This document shows, one piece after another, positions 1-13,116 of a stretch of 64,000 nucleotides of DNA. The DNA is from Magallana gigas (Eukaryota). The DNA lies in the NCBI RefSeq assembly GCF_963853765.1, contig NC_088862.1, positions 930,001 to 994,000 of the forward strand. Reading direction: 5' to 3'. The translations under genes and the position numbers were made by a program. The number at the start of each line of letters is the position of its first letter. Within the stretch, counting starts at the first letter, position 1. A model generated the notes under the pieces. That model saw only the letters and a list, made by a program, of their open reading frames with translations. It was not told the DNA's origin and did no database searches.

Positions 1-487
1 TATGCTTAAGTAAAATGAAAAACGAAGTTTCTGATTAACCAGGATCTCAGGTATGCTTATATCTTCTTTGTTTTGACCCCACCCACCCCCCCCCCCCCCC
101 CGAATATTTTTCTTTTTCTTTTACTAAAACCAGTTTAAATTTAGAGACAGAAGCTATTTCGAATTTAATCAATCGTCAATTAATTAATGTATAAATGATA
201 TCTAACATTGTTGACAGATCTAGGCAGAAAACTGTAGCAAAATGTTATTTTTACGAATTTTTTCGTCCGGGTCTACTTAGATTAGAGCTTACAGCGTGAA
301 AAGTAATCCGTCAACATATAATTTATTTTACCAAATCTTTTTTCTAAGATGTCAATTTATATAATAAACATCATGAATTTAAGATCTACTGTACTCAGTT
401 GTCAAGATATTTTAATGTAATGCTAATTTGATCAGAATTAAGGCAATTGTTGCTCAGGTGAGCGATGTGGCCCCTGGGCCTCTTGTT
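1..487 (+). mobile_element. 3' part of a non-autonomous Helentron/DINE-like element (runs off window start)
   Basis: Ends in CTCAGGTGAGC (453-463) + GATGTGGCCCCTGGGCCTCTTG hairpin, the same 3' terminus as the element ending near 58012. Confidence 0.55.
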
Positions 488-615
488 GATACCCGGTATT
501 GATTTTGCTCTACATCTCTGTTGTAAACAATGACAATAACAAGCAATTAGAACGGTAATATATGTATTCTATGAGAGATAGAAATGATTAATGTCGAGAA
601 ACTCGATTCTGTTAA

Positions 616-1028
616 AGTAAAATGAAAAACGAAGTTTCTGATTAACAAGGATCTCAGGTATGCTTAAGTAAAATGAAAAACGAAGTTTCTGATTAACCAG
701 GATCTCAGGTATGCTTATATCTTCTTTGTTTTGACCCCCCCCCCCCGAATATTTTTCTTTTTCTTATACTAAAACCAGTTTAAATTTAGAGACAGCAGCT
801 ATTTCGAATTTAATCAATCGTCAATTAATTAATGTATAAATGATATCTAACATTGTTGACAGATCTAGGCAGAAAACTGTAGCAAAATGTTACTTTTACG
901 AATTTTTTCGTCCGGGTCTACTTAGATTAGAGCTTACAGCGTGAAAAGTAATCCGTCAACATATAATTTATTTTACCAAATCTTTTTTCTAAGATGTCAA
1001 TCTATAGAATAAACATCATGAATTTAAG
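616..1028 (+). repeat. Direct duplication of window bases ~1-383, including a ~51-bp tandem repeat
   Basis: 659-1028 matches 1-383 nearly base for base, apart from poly-C length. AGTAAAATGAAAAACGAAGTTTCTGATTAAC..GGATCTCAGGTATGCTTA occurs twice in tandem (616-717). Confidence 0.85.
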
Positions 1029-1855
1029 TTCGAGTCCATAAAATAGTAAAAAAAAAAATACCAAACGCGATACTAGCATTGCATTTTTTGTATTCTATTT
1101 TGATACATCAGGTCCATAAAGCGTACTTACAAAAATTTCCGCAAAATTATTGATGAGATATGGCTTAAATATATATTTATACTCTATTTTGTATGTTCAG
1201 TTCTAATTTTCCCAAAATTGGTAATTATTTTTAGGAAAAACGGACGTCTGGCAAATTTCATAATTGTCAATAATTTTCGCAAGGGGGTACACCCGTCCTA
1301 GAGGTGATAACAAACAAACTAGCATGAAAACATAAATATTTTCTTTTGAATATGTATTGCTAGAATGTATATTTATCATTTAAAGCTAAGCTTTTAATGA
1401 TTGAGCCCATTTAGTGCCGAGTATAGGACTACCTTAATAAAGAATTACAACTACATCGCATTGAATTTAAATATTTTTTGTTATATATATTTTATATATA
1501 GTTTATTATATTATAGACTAAAAATAATTTTTGTGTTTAGGGCGTCTGCCCATTAAACTGGAATATGGTAATTTGGTCTGGCCTTTCATTACTTACCTTT
1601 TCAAACTCATTGCTGTCATCATTAAAAATTCCACCCATGTCGCTCATCTGACTCTAATATCTGATTGTGTGACTTTAAAAGTTCAACATGTACTATATTT
1701 AGTTTCCCGTCACTGCATCTTTTTATATCGTAAGTTACATTGTATGTATGATACCTTTCTAACAATCTCATAAGGCCCTGTCCATCCTTAACCTAGATTT
1801 AGGTTTGCTTCCGGTGAATACCAGCGTAGTACTAACGTTTGTGGTTCGAAATTCC

Positions 1856-2969
1856 TTATTAGGGCCCCGCAAGGATTTGCGGGTGCCCTATAGTAATCAC
1901 TCTGTCCGTCCGTCCTTCTGTCCGTCCGTCCGTCTGTCACTCTTCCGTCCACAAATTTCCTGTTTTTTTCTAATAACTTTTTTTATGGTTGCCCAATCAA
2001 GTTCAAATTTGGTATGGTAGTTCAGTAGGCAGAAATACATATTTTGATGCTAAGTTTGGTTCTCTATGTCTTCTGGTTTGGAGCTGGGGTGGTGGGGTAG
2101 ATTCCTAACTATGCATAAGAAGAATGGGCAAAGAGAGATAACTGCTGAGAATGAATGGGCAAAGAGAGATAACTGCTGAGAATGTTACCATTGTATACAT
2201 GGAAGGCTGTGCAATATTTGTCCTTTGGGATTAATTAACCTTCCACAGGAAGAAAATCCTAAGCTTTATCTTTATCTGTCACATTGAGATTAATTTCTGC
2301 ACTGCCTGTGTCTGCAAATGAACTTTGTTTTGAAGTTAAGGTCAATTTTGAATGATGTGTAGTATTGTGTACATTCTTTGAAATATGGATTTGAAATATA
2401 ATATTCATATTTTTTTTGGTTAAAATACCGTACACAATGATTTATGATAGTTTTATTGAATAGAGGCAAAGCCTAGGTATCATTGCATTGGTATCAATTC
2501 TTTGTTTTTTTAACAAATTTTATTTCATCCCATGTTAACCCACTTTATCCCGTGGATATGACTCATTGGATATTTTTTTGATATTCCACAGTTGTGACTT
2601 TACAATGGGATTTGCCTAGGCATAATGAAGTAAAAATAATGTAGAGTTTTATAAACAGTGTAAACATTGATTGCGGTGTATAAAATATGGGATAAATAGA
2701 ATCTCATGATTTGTAGTATAATATGATTTTTATCCAACTTGTGTGTTTTATCCCCTCACTAAGGCTCAAGAAAAAAACACTTTAATTGTTGGATGAAAAT
2801 TATATCCAACTACAAATCACGAGATCCTATATATTCCAGTTCTTTACATCTTCTGCCGGGCATTTATTTTTCATCATTGTTAATATAAAGAGGATGGAAT
2901 TCAAAGTTTTTTTCACTTCTCTATATTAATTGTCATAGCGGGGCCCTTCCTGACTGGTCAGTTTTCTAG
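1856..2969 (+). mobile_element. Non-autonomous Helentron/DINE-1-like element
   Basis: 5' subterminal IR AGGGCCCCGC...GCGGGTGCCCT (1861-1889), (GTCC)n microsatellite at ~1904-1950, 3' IR copy GCGGGGCCCT (2938-2947), hairpin CTGACTGGTCAG, terminal CTAG at 2966-2969. Confidence 0.7.
2694..2835. mobile_element. Short fold-back (palindromic) MITE-like element nested in the Helentron
   Basis: Imperfect ~48-bp inverted arms: AATAGAATCTCATGATTTGTAGT...TTTTTATCCAAC / GTTGGATGAAAATTATATCCAACTACAAATCACGAGATCCTATAT. Confidence 0.6.
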
Positions 2970-3959
2970 TCTTTAATTATGAGTCGTAATAACGCTTTTG
3001 TTTCTTGAACTACAGCGCGAAGTCAATAGTGTTTTGCATAGCTTATTTAAACCATTTCACGTATTTTATGGGACACTTGATGATATCCCGCGCAACTTAT
3101 GCTATTTTTATTCTAAAAAAATACACAAATTTTTTTTCGACAAAACATTATTTCCATTAAAAGTTTGATAAGTTAATTTTTTAGCAAAAAATATTCATTC
3201 TCGATAATTTATCATTCTAATTCCAAAATATCTTACTCTAAAATATTTTTAATTGCAACACTTATGTATGTAAAATAATTGACATACTTAAAAATAGATC
3301 ATTTAAAAAATAAAAGTCAAAGAGTTTCTACTTCGTTTTCAGAGAGGAGAAGTTTGGGATGTAAGATAATTTTTATTTAAAATCAGGAGATGCCTTTATC
3401 GATGAACCAATCATTGTTATCCGAGAATTGCATCACTAATATTCTTCAAACGTATCAATTATAAGCAGCCTACTTGTTTTTCCTATCCAAAAAAACTCCC
3501 GTTCGAAAATGAATCGTTCTTATTCAAGAAATAACGTTTAGCAAAAAAGAAACAAAGGTCAAATAAATTCAAGAGGCTTAAATCTGAATACCAGAACAAA
3601 GTTATAATTAATACATAAAGGTATACGAAACGAATTTAATTTTATCATAAATTCAATACCAGGTCATGCATACAGAATTTGCATCAAGAGTTATCGTTCT
3701 TGTATTTACTGTATTTTATTACATTCAGGGTCAGGGAGTTTTGTTCTGTAATTTTGATGCCATGCACAAATAAACTTACAATAACACAACGAATGGAGTT
3801 CCTCATTTTCTTCCACTCGGTTTCAATAGTAATTTCATAGTATTTTGTCAGGTGAAAAAAGATTAATCAAACCTGACCCGTTTAGTTATTCTAACATTTT
3901 TACTTCAACGAGTTTCAGACAAATGAACCTTCGGAATTTTTCCATTCGGATCAAGAACC

Positions 3960-5448
3960 TTCAATCTACTGGACCTTTGATCTAATGAGCCTTGGACAGG
4001 GTTTAGTCATACGTTCTATGTTTATCAGTACAAGGCTTCGCTGGAAAATCCTGATTATCAGAAAACGGACAAGAACACAGGGGAAAATGTTTTAGTTGTG
4101 CCTGTGCACGAGCACAAAACAGCGAAGCTGTATTTAGGTAAGATTGTTTTTAGGTCATACCTCCAAAACTTCATTGAACGGTATATTAGAAATATCCGTC
4201 TGGATATATTATTGAGAACACAGAGCAAGAGCCCACACACGTTGCTGCAGTTTGATGGTCAACCCTTCCTGAAGGTATCTCAGGCCATTGTTGCTCTCCA
4301 GCAAAAACTTGGCATCAAGAAGCCCCTCACGATTAGTGATGCCAGGAGGTCTGTGGAGACATATGCCAAACAATTTGGACACCAGCCTTCAAAAGACAAT
4401 TGCAACCTTTTTATGTCACTCGGACACCAGGTTCAAAGTATACAGACATACTGAAAGTAAGTCCGCCGTTGATGCTCTTTTTGCCATTGAGAGTCTAACT
4501 AGGCTGAACACAAAAGGGGAAGATGCCAATAGCAATAGCCAACAGGCAACAGCGACTAGGAGCCAACAACCCCTACAAAACGCCAGGCTGAAAGCTTTCC
4601 GTCTCCGCCAAAGTCCATCGGAAAGAGACGAGTGCGTGATCACCTTTTAATAAAGTTTGGTAATTTGTCTGAAGCCAAAATACAGAAACCCTCCGAGCTG
4701 CTTGCATTAGGAATAAAGAAACAAAATTGTGAGAAGGTTGCACGCGACATAAGGTATGAAAAATTACTTCAAATCAATAATGATGTCGCTACCTACTTGT
4801 TAATGAAAGAGGCTAAAAGGTTGAAAGTAGGAATCAAAGAGGTAGTCGTGTCGAAAATTACCGAGTTTAGTGTGCCTGACAACGTCAGTAAAGGGAAAAA
4901 CTGGATCAAACACGTCTCGAGATGACGATGCAGGGCTTAGTCAATTATCACAAGTCAAAGTCCGAAGTCTCTGAAGACCTCTTGAGGCGTGGCCTAACTT
5001 GGTAGTACAAGAAGTTCAAGGGAAAGGCACAGGGGTCTTCACAGGGGAATTGTCATTTAACCGAGGATAGGTGGCATGCGATTACCATGGCGATGACATA
5101 CCCGCCAAGGAAGGTGAAAGAAGGCTGCAAACCTATGGAGACTTTCAAACGGATGGATATTACTTCCTATTTTACACCAATGCCCAAGGGAAAAAGCGCT
5201 GTGTCGATGCAGCTTACCCTTGCTCTTGTCATCCCAACATTAAAACAAAAGGGCGCCTCATTAACCATTCAGCAGGAAAACCGAATCTGAAATTAACAAG
5301 ACTGGTTGTGAATGGAGAAGAACATGTCTTTTTGGTAGCCCAAATATTTATTCCTCCCTTCGTCGAGCTGACCTACGATTATTCTGTGCGGCGAGCCGAA
5401 TCGGGGGACGCAGGACAGATAAGGCAACACATCGTTTTGATATGCTAA
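3960..5448 (+). pseudogene. Decayed tyrosine-recombinase (integrase-family) catalytic domain fused to a C-terminal SET domain
   Basis: Across frameshifts: GQGLVIRSM (degenerate GQRxGV Arg motif), VPVHEHKTAK (Lys), TISDARRSVET (HxxR position), FLCHSDTRFKVYRH (H...Y). Then PNLVVQEVQGKGTGVFT, VACDYHG, GRLINHS, ELTYDY (SET motifs). Multiple stops and frameshifts. Confidence 0.7.
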
Positions 5449-6973
5449 TGAAGGGATAATGAGTTATGACGTCATAATATACGCCCCGCCTCTGTATTAC
5501 CATATATAGAATATATACCGAAAACAGCAGTTTAAGCATAAAATACGGCTGATTTAATACTTCATAAGCAAAATATAACTACGAATCACTCATGTGTGTT
5601 TTTATAAGTTTACAACAATCAGAATATACGAAGAACTTCCATAATGCATCTGTCGTATGGGTGTGAATCTGCGTCCCAAAAGCGCTCGTCAGACGATGTA
5701 AACACGTGTAGCTGGTATTCCCGATGATGGCGATCTTTTGATGATTTATCAGGTATGTAGATTAGATATACAGTGTATTTGTAATATACCAGATAGCTCA
5801 GTAACTATTTTATTGTGATTTTATACTGTTGATGCATATCTGATCGACTTAATGTGTTGTTTCGTTCAAAACATGAGGAGAGACTGCATTGTTTACATTT
5901 AGGCCTAGCCTATACAATGTACATTGTACATGTAGCTTTATTGCCAGTCCGTTAAATTGTTGATCATTTTCACCAATCGACACGAATCAGTTCATAGTAC
6001 TTGTACTGACAATATTTAGCTGTACACAGCTGTTTGTTTTTATTTCAATTTGTAAGTAAACAATACAAAGACTGTGTGAAAACAGCTGATTTGATTTTCT
6101 GAAAATCAGTACAGTGCAGGCTAAAAGATGCTGATTTCATTTTCTGGAAATTGATGAACAGCTGATCAATAACACCTTTCTACTGTGTTCAAAATTCTTC
6201 CATGACAGTTCATTTATATTGTTTACACATTCATCCAGTTGATATATTAAGATGTTTATGCACATTAATTCTTAATTATTACTAGTTTGTTTTTAGAACT
6301 CAGTATATTACTACCATAACACTGTTTGAAATCTTGTCACCTGGGTTCATACTTATGATGCTGTACTATTGGTAATAAAAAAAAAAACCAAATAATAATA
6401 AACAAATGACTGCATGTCTCCATCTGATTTTTTCTAAATGAGGAATCTACATTCATGGTCATATATGGTACTGTTTGTGTAGAATGTGCATATGTAACTT
6501 TCAAATAAAATTTGAAGTGTTGGTCATTTTACCCATCCATGCATAATATATGTAGACCTTTCACAAAAATGTTCAAATTACTGTTGACATGTCCTTATAT
6601 GCATGTAAATTAAATTGTATGACTTCTCATAATTATATTTTGTTATTTGCAGAGTAATTTGAAAAGTGTCACACTGATTTGAAAAAAAAAGGCTGGAAGA
6701 AAATGTAAGTAAATAAATACATGTATAAGTTCAACAATTTATCATTGAAATAATGACCAATCTGATTATTCTATGAGACAATTCAATTAGAAAAAGTATT
6801 TTCAAGTACGAATGGTTTCATTTAATGTTTTAAAATGATTGATATAAACCTATGTTATTTACGGTATAAATCTGCAATTTTGAATATTGCTCATCAACAA
6901 ATCAACAATACATGGTATGTTTTAGTTCACACTGACTGCACCAGCATTATATAATATCAATCAATCAAATCAG

Positions 6974-6979
<6 letters not shown>

Positions 6980-7019
<40 letters not shown>
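6980..7019. repeat. (AG)n microsatellite
   Basis: About 20 perfect AG units. Confidence 0.95.
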
Positions 7020-7021
<2 letters not shown>

Positions 7022-9974
7022 TGCATTTTTAAGGTCAGGCTGGGTAAAATAAAGGGGTGCAATTAAACTAATATCATGCACATATCAGGGGTGAGGATGC
7101 GAATAATTTCAAATCGATCAAACTGAAAAGCTGTATTTGAATTTGTGCAAAATTAAATGCACATCTAATTAACATAATGAAATGTTTATTTTGATAAATA
7201 AATTCCATTGACTATCAAATTGTAGAAAATCCTCCATTTCAGTCTTTCAGCCATTTTGATAACAAGTTAAACTTACTGAAATATATATAATTTTCATTTT
7301 AGCTGGTACCTGCTTTGTCTTGAGATTTACATAAATGATGTTCTTATTGGTGATCATTTACCCGCACCATTATCCTGGTGTCACATACAAGATGAAATGA
7401 TGGAAAGAAAAACCTGAACTTTAGAAACAGGAAGACTGTGTTTTTGAAGAGAGAAGAGGACCAGAACTAAGAAGTCATACAATAAACACATTGACATCAT
7501 AAAAAGAAATTGCAATTTTGAGTTTGCATGCATATGTCAGGTTTAAATGTTGTCACAGAATTTTTTTTCAGAAAGTCCCTTTATCTTCTTGAATTAATAA
7601 AACAAATGAACCAAATATAATTGTTTCTATATATATAATTTTGTTTGAGAAGTGGAAAGGGGATGGTATGTAAATGGGCGGGAGAGAGAGTCTCTCACAT
7701 AGGAGAATTCAGACTTATTTAAATTCAATATATTGATGTGAACCAAAAATGGCTTTTGATCGCCTTGTTGCAGGATTTACACACTCTCTTTCCTTTCTTG
7801 GTAATGAGAAATGAGCGTTTAGAATTTATTTTGTGAATGAATAGATATGCTAGCCCTCCCCCCTCTCCTTAATCTTAATCATTCTGCATGTGTTGAATAA
7901 AAATAAAAGTCAATTTTAATGAATGTTTAAATTACAAGTGTAACATGTGTAATACAAAGGTGAATACTGTTGATTGCTTATGGGGGATGGGAAAAGGCCT
8001 CATACATGGGCAGATCTACATGTATAGTCCCAGTGGCAAATTCTAATTTAATTCACAATTTACATAGTAAAACACCATGGCCCCTGGCAAACATAATAAA
8101 GTTACCCCTTTGAACCCCCTCCCCAGAATAATATTAACAGACCCAAGCAGTGCTATAGAATATGCAGTCATTGGGCAAAGGCTGCACATAAATAATGAAA
8201 AAAATACTCCATATCTTATTTTTTAATATATATTATGAGAACAATTTAGTTAGTTTATTAATATCAGGGGCTTCATTTGTCTCTGTTGACATCTAATCCC
8301 TCAAATAATTGTGTACGATTAGCTCTTATATATTTTTCTCCCATTACTAAAAAAATATTAAGAAACCAATAACTCCGCGAATGCGGTTAACCAAGAGAAC
8401 TGATACTTTTTTGTTTACATCCATGATACAACAGAGGAAATGCGGACGATTCATCGTAACCATCTTGTCTCTTTTAAAATAAATAAAACAGAAGCACTAT
8501 GTTTAAATAACCATTTACATAATGTACTGTTGAAACATATCCTAAAATTAATTCGGATATGTGATAAAATGATAACATGACATCGCGCCTATATCAAAAG
8601 AGTTATCGCTCAAAGAGTTACCTCCCCTTTTGGGATCACTTGTGCGTTTGAAATGTGTATTGATTTGAGAGGACTTCTAGATTGAGAAATTAAATGCAAA
8701 AGTTCAAGTGCAAGACGGCTATAGATATTATTAAACTTGGTATGATTTTCTTCCCTTTGACGAGTTCTTTATAAAAACTGATGCTCATTTGTTGAAAGAT
8801 GAAGGTTTACTTTGTAATTGTAATGAAAATATACAAAAATGCACTATTTTAGGAACAAGTAGCCAGTTTTTAAAGAAATTTACATAACTAGTAAACTTTA
8901 CAACTGAATGAGCATTGATTTCTATGATTTATGGATAATTTTGAATATGTTGTCATATTACTTACTCTTAAATTTCTTTGCCTTGCCCTTGAACTTCTTG
9001 TCTCATTTTAGCATTGACGATTTTTGTCTAAAAGACGCCCACGTGACCCTAAAAAGTCACGTGACCGACAAATTTAGACATGGTCAAGTAAAGGAGACCC
9101 ATATCTTTACAATAACACCCAAAATAGTTTAGAACTATTCATTATGCAGAAATGAATAGACAAAAGCAAAACGACCTCCTTTTACTGCTGTTTAAAAGCA
9201 AAATGTTGCCTTAACTGTCCTGCGGAGAATATAGCCTGGCTCTCGGTATGAAGTGGTATATTTTTTGATTATAGTGCTAATATAATTAATTTTTTGATAT
9301 TTATTCTCTTTAACATTCATTTTGTTAATTTTTATTTTGCACTTTTCTCTTTTTTAGGAGGAGTGGTGGTTTAGTTTTAATACAAGTGTAAGTTAGAGCA
9401 TTGCTTTATATTGTTTAATGCAAGATTTTTAAGTCATTCTTAGGTTGTGTACCTTAGGTTTTTTTTTTCAGTTTTCAATATTCTAAAATGTAATAGTGCT
9501 GCAGCAGGGATAAGGGAGAGCAGGGAGATTATCAGATAACGGACAAGATAGTGCTAGTAAAAATAACACGCAAGCAGCATTACTAACCTTTATCCATGTT
9601 CTGCCTCTGGGTACACACAATTAGTGAATTTTTAAATTATTTCACGGCTTATTATTCAATTATTTCATAACCCTTTTGGCAATCAATCAATACATACATA
9701 CAAGTATATTACTCCCGGGTATATTGTCCAATTGCCTGGAAAAGAAATAATTATGTTTTATTGTTCTAAATGGTATAATAGTAGTGTTTTTACCGTTTAT
9801 CCTCAGTTGACAGTTATTTGTCTAACTAAAGAACTGACTTAGTATTACAGATACTACCTGTGATATTGTACCTAGCAAATCGATTTCATTTTCATTTATT
9901 CAATTTGAACAATACTTGTTTTTATTGATATCAGAATTGTTTTTTAAAATTTTTGTAAAGTGTACTTTAAAAAA

Positions 9975-12070
9975 CATGGCATCAACAACAATCAAATCCT
10001 CTAACAAATGGGTTAAATATTGCGTTGTGCACTCCATCCAGGTAAGTTCTTATGTAGAATCGTTGAAAGGATGGAGCTTTTGACGAAAACCATACCATTG
10101 AGAAGTTAGGCATCCCTGCTTCCAAACTCAAAGAGTTGGAGATTGTTTTGTCTGAAAACTACACACGACTACAGGAGTCTACTGAAGCGCTGCGACGGGT
10201 TTGTATATTTATTTCTTGTAAGGTGAAGACAAAACCTAGAACGAAGAATGATGCTAAGAAGAATGGTCAACCTTAAACGAAAACTGCAGATACAGGACCT
10301 GATGATCAGTGCAATCAAATAACCGCTGCACCTGAAAAGAAGAATATCAGAGAAGACAAGGTGTCAAAGGGCAAACATTGGGTACCCTGTAACTATTGCC
10401 TCGCGTAAGTCAATTTTACAAGTTTTATATTGAACACACCGTTTTAGTCATTAAAGTACAAAACGGACTCTCAATTGGCTTGTTGCTAATAACGATTTTC
10501 CCTCGTTTTGTTTTAAGTTAGCTATAGTACAGAACGTTCCGAACGTCGGAAATCTCATATGCAGAGATGTCCCAGTGGACCTGATGGAGATAGTGTTGAG
10601 GAGCGAAATGTATTTATCGATCAATCTCTAAAGGATTTTAGAGCAAAAGCCATGAATATAAGCCAACACATTTATGTCAATCCAAGGAGTTTGGAAGATA
10701 AACTGTACGACAAATCGGAGGTACTTTTAATGATGCGACAGCTCGGTCACCTAGAAATACCGCTAGGTGCCCGTATAAGGGCACCAGCCGCTGAACGAGG
10801 ACGTAAAAATCCGACCCACAATGTGGTTTCCAAAAATGCATCAAACCCTATTGCAGATTTGAACGACAGGGTTAGGGCTAGTTCACCAAACCCTATTGCA
10901 GATTTGGATGACAGTGATGGTAAGAGATGAAATAATTGAAATGTTCTCACACTCAGAGAATTCAATGAGATATAAATAGCGCTTTGCAAAATGTCCTCAT
11001 GCTGAAAATCTTATTGCAGAAGCAGAATTCAATTCAGATAAAGTCCATGTTGTGACAGTGGAACCCATGAATGAAGACGAAGATGAGAACGTACCTGCAG
11101 AAACTTTATCACCGAGTAAAGGTAAGTCTTCAATCGTTCCAGATAAAGAGGAACAATTGCCCTATTGCCCGGATATTATTGCACCTACCCCAGAGAAAGA
11201 ATGTATTGTAGAGGAGGAAGAGCCCTTGCATCGACCAACACGGGTTAAAAGGAGAATTTTATCGTTTTCCTCAGAGGAAGACGTGGATACAGCGGATGTT
11301 TCTTACAGGCCGTCTGTCGCGAGCGAAGAAGAAGTCAACACCACTGCTCCAGAAGTAAACATAGGTAAGTATACGCCTAGGAAGAGGAATCCTCCAAGCT
11401 CCCCCGATTACGGTAGGAAAGTGAAAAAAGGTAATGGAGCACAGTACGAGTATGCATCTGGTCTGAAGCAAAAGCTTTAAGAAACTGGGTTTTATGATGG
11501 TCGTGCGGGGTTCCTGAAGCTTCCGATATGGAAGCATATGGACAGCGTTTACTTTAAGGCCACAGGAATTGAAGGACAGAACAAAAGTAACCATATAGGG
11601 AACATTCAAAGAATTCTATGGAAGATATGTAATCCCAAAGTAGAGGTTTCTTCCAAAATGCTGGACAGGGACTCCATCCTAGAATTCTACAATTTTCTGG
11701 AAACATACGAGGTAAACCACCAGACAATAGTAAACTATAACAAATCATTAAACCATCTTTTTAAGTATTACCTGCGAACAACGGACATGATCAACGTAGA
11801 CAGACCCGAGTATTAACGACTCCTTCATGTCCAGAGCTATTTCAGATATGTACTCTCTTGTTAGATGCGAAGACATCAAAGTGTCAGAGGGGATCACAAT
11901 ACATGTAGAGCTGCAGGATGACATTTTCTTTGTAAGTATCGTGTATTAATAATCTTTTCTTTTTAAATTAATCCTTCATTTTTAGATATTCAGTACAGAA
12001 ATCACAAGGACCATGTGGCCAAACCAAGACGTGGAGACTGGAGATGCCTTGATTGGAATTATTGCTTGAG
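9975..12070 (+). pseudogene. Decayed spliced gene: C2HC-type zinc finger, acidic low-complexity region, integrase-type SAM-like core-binding helix domain
   Basis: Exon-like blocks with GT/AG borders. WVPCNYCL|..YSTERSERRKSHMQRC joins across an intron to give a CxxC-x12-H-x3-C finger. ORF 11538-11816 ILEFYNFLETYEVNHQTIVNYNKSLNHLFKY resembles the 'xTIxNYxxxLxxF' helix of recombinase N-domains. Confidence 0.45.
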
Positions 12071-12594
12071 TAAAGTATTCATTAAGATTTAGAGGAGAAA
12101 TACCAACCATTTGATTACAACGCATATTTATCTATACCGCTATAATGTTACGGTTAATTCTATAATATATATTTTATCTACTTTTTATCAAAATTATGTG
12201 CCAATAATGCTTTTAAGTTCATGTGTTCCAAAGTTATCCGTATGTTTTGCACCTCAAAAATAACTTGTTATGAAAGAATGATCGCACAGCAGTATGCATT
12301 CTATTATGTGGTTTCTCCGATACGTGATCAGTCTTAAAACAACAACACATTTAATGGACTATAGCAACGACATGCAGCAGCTATGTAAGAAACATATTCT
12401 ATTAATCCGCACGACTGAACATACCTTTCAAGGTATTCAAATTAATACATTCATAACCAATGATTAGTAGAAATTGATTTCTGTCTAATTCTTTCCTCAA
12501 ACGAAAGAAATCACATTTTCTTTTACATTCGGAACAATAACCACTAACTTGATGATTTATTTGATATCGAAAGACAGCGGCCAAACAATATTTC

Positions 12595-12770
12595 TGTGGT
12601 GTTCGTGGAACCATTCCTAGTACGAGCTACCCAGTAGCCATGACGTCAGACGGCGGGAATCTGCTCGTGCAGGCTATTCTAGAAGCTGACAGCTACCAGA
12701 CAAGATGTATAGGTGAGTTCGGGGCAACCCACGGTTATTATATAGATAGTGTAGGTAGATAAACACCATA
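12595..12770 (+). repeat. 5' LTR
   Basis: TGTGGTGTT...AACACCATA; same sequence as 17485-17660. Confidence 0.93.
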
Positions 12771-12771
12771 T

Positions 12772-12782
12772 TGGCGCCCAAC
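12772..12782 (+). promoter_or_regulatory. Primer-binding site, tRNA-Lys type
   Basis: TGGCGCCCAAC matches the first 11 nt of the complement of the tRNA-Lys(CUU) 3' end (TGGCGCCCAACGTGGGGC), 1 nt after the LTR. Confidence 0.8.
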
Positions 12783-13116
12783 TCGCGGCCCTGAACTCAC
12801 GGTATATATTAGACAGGAAAATTTTTTTCCCGCAAAGTGTCAAAGCTGTTTATTAGGCGTTTTCGTTTTTTTTTTTTTATAGATATACGGGTGTAGCCGC
12901 CATTTTGGGGGCCCGCCACGTGCTTCGGACTGTAGGGTTAATTCGTGAATTTACTTTCACCTTTGCATATTTTGTGCATAGTTTTTTCGTTTAAAGTTTT
13001 ATTGCATTGTTGATAGGTATTGTTTTTTGCATTTAGCACATATTTTTGCATTTTCTCGCATAGTCTGTGTTGATTTTGACTTTGAACATTTTTGTGTATT
13101 GCATCATTCGCTCGTC

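Noticed and set aside
5600-7600. Possible spliced host gene (GT/AG-bounded blocks near 5755, 6650-6705, 7300)
   Set aside because: No coherent reading frame or recognisable domain; could be non-coding exons, but this cannot be supported from sequence alone.
3850-12070. Single YR element integrated as a circular permutation
   Set aside because: The end of the 12-kb piece and the start of the 3.9-kb piece seem to cover about the same region before the catalytic Arg with different sequence, which favours two copies. Not proven.
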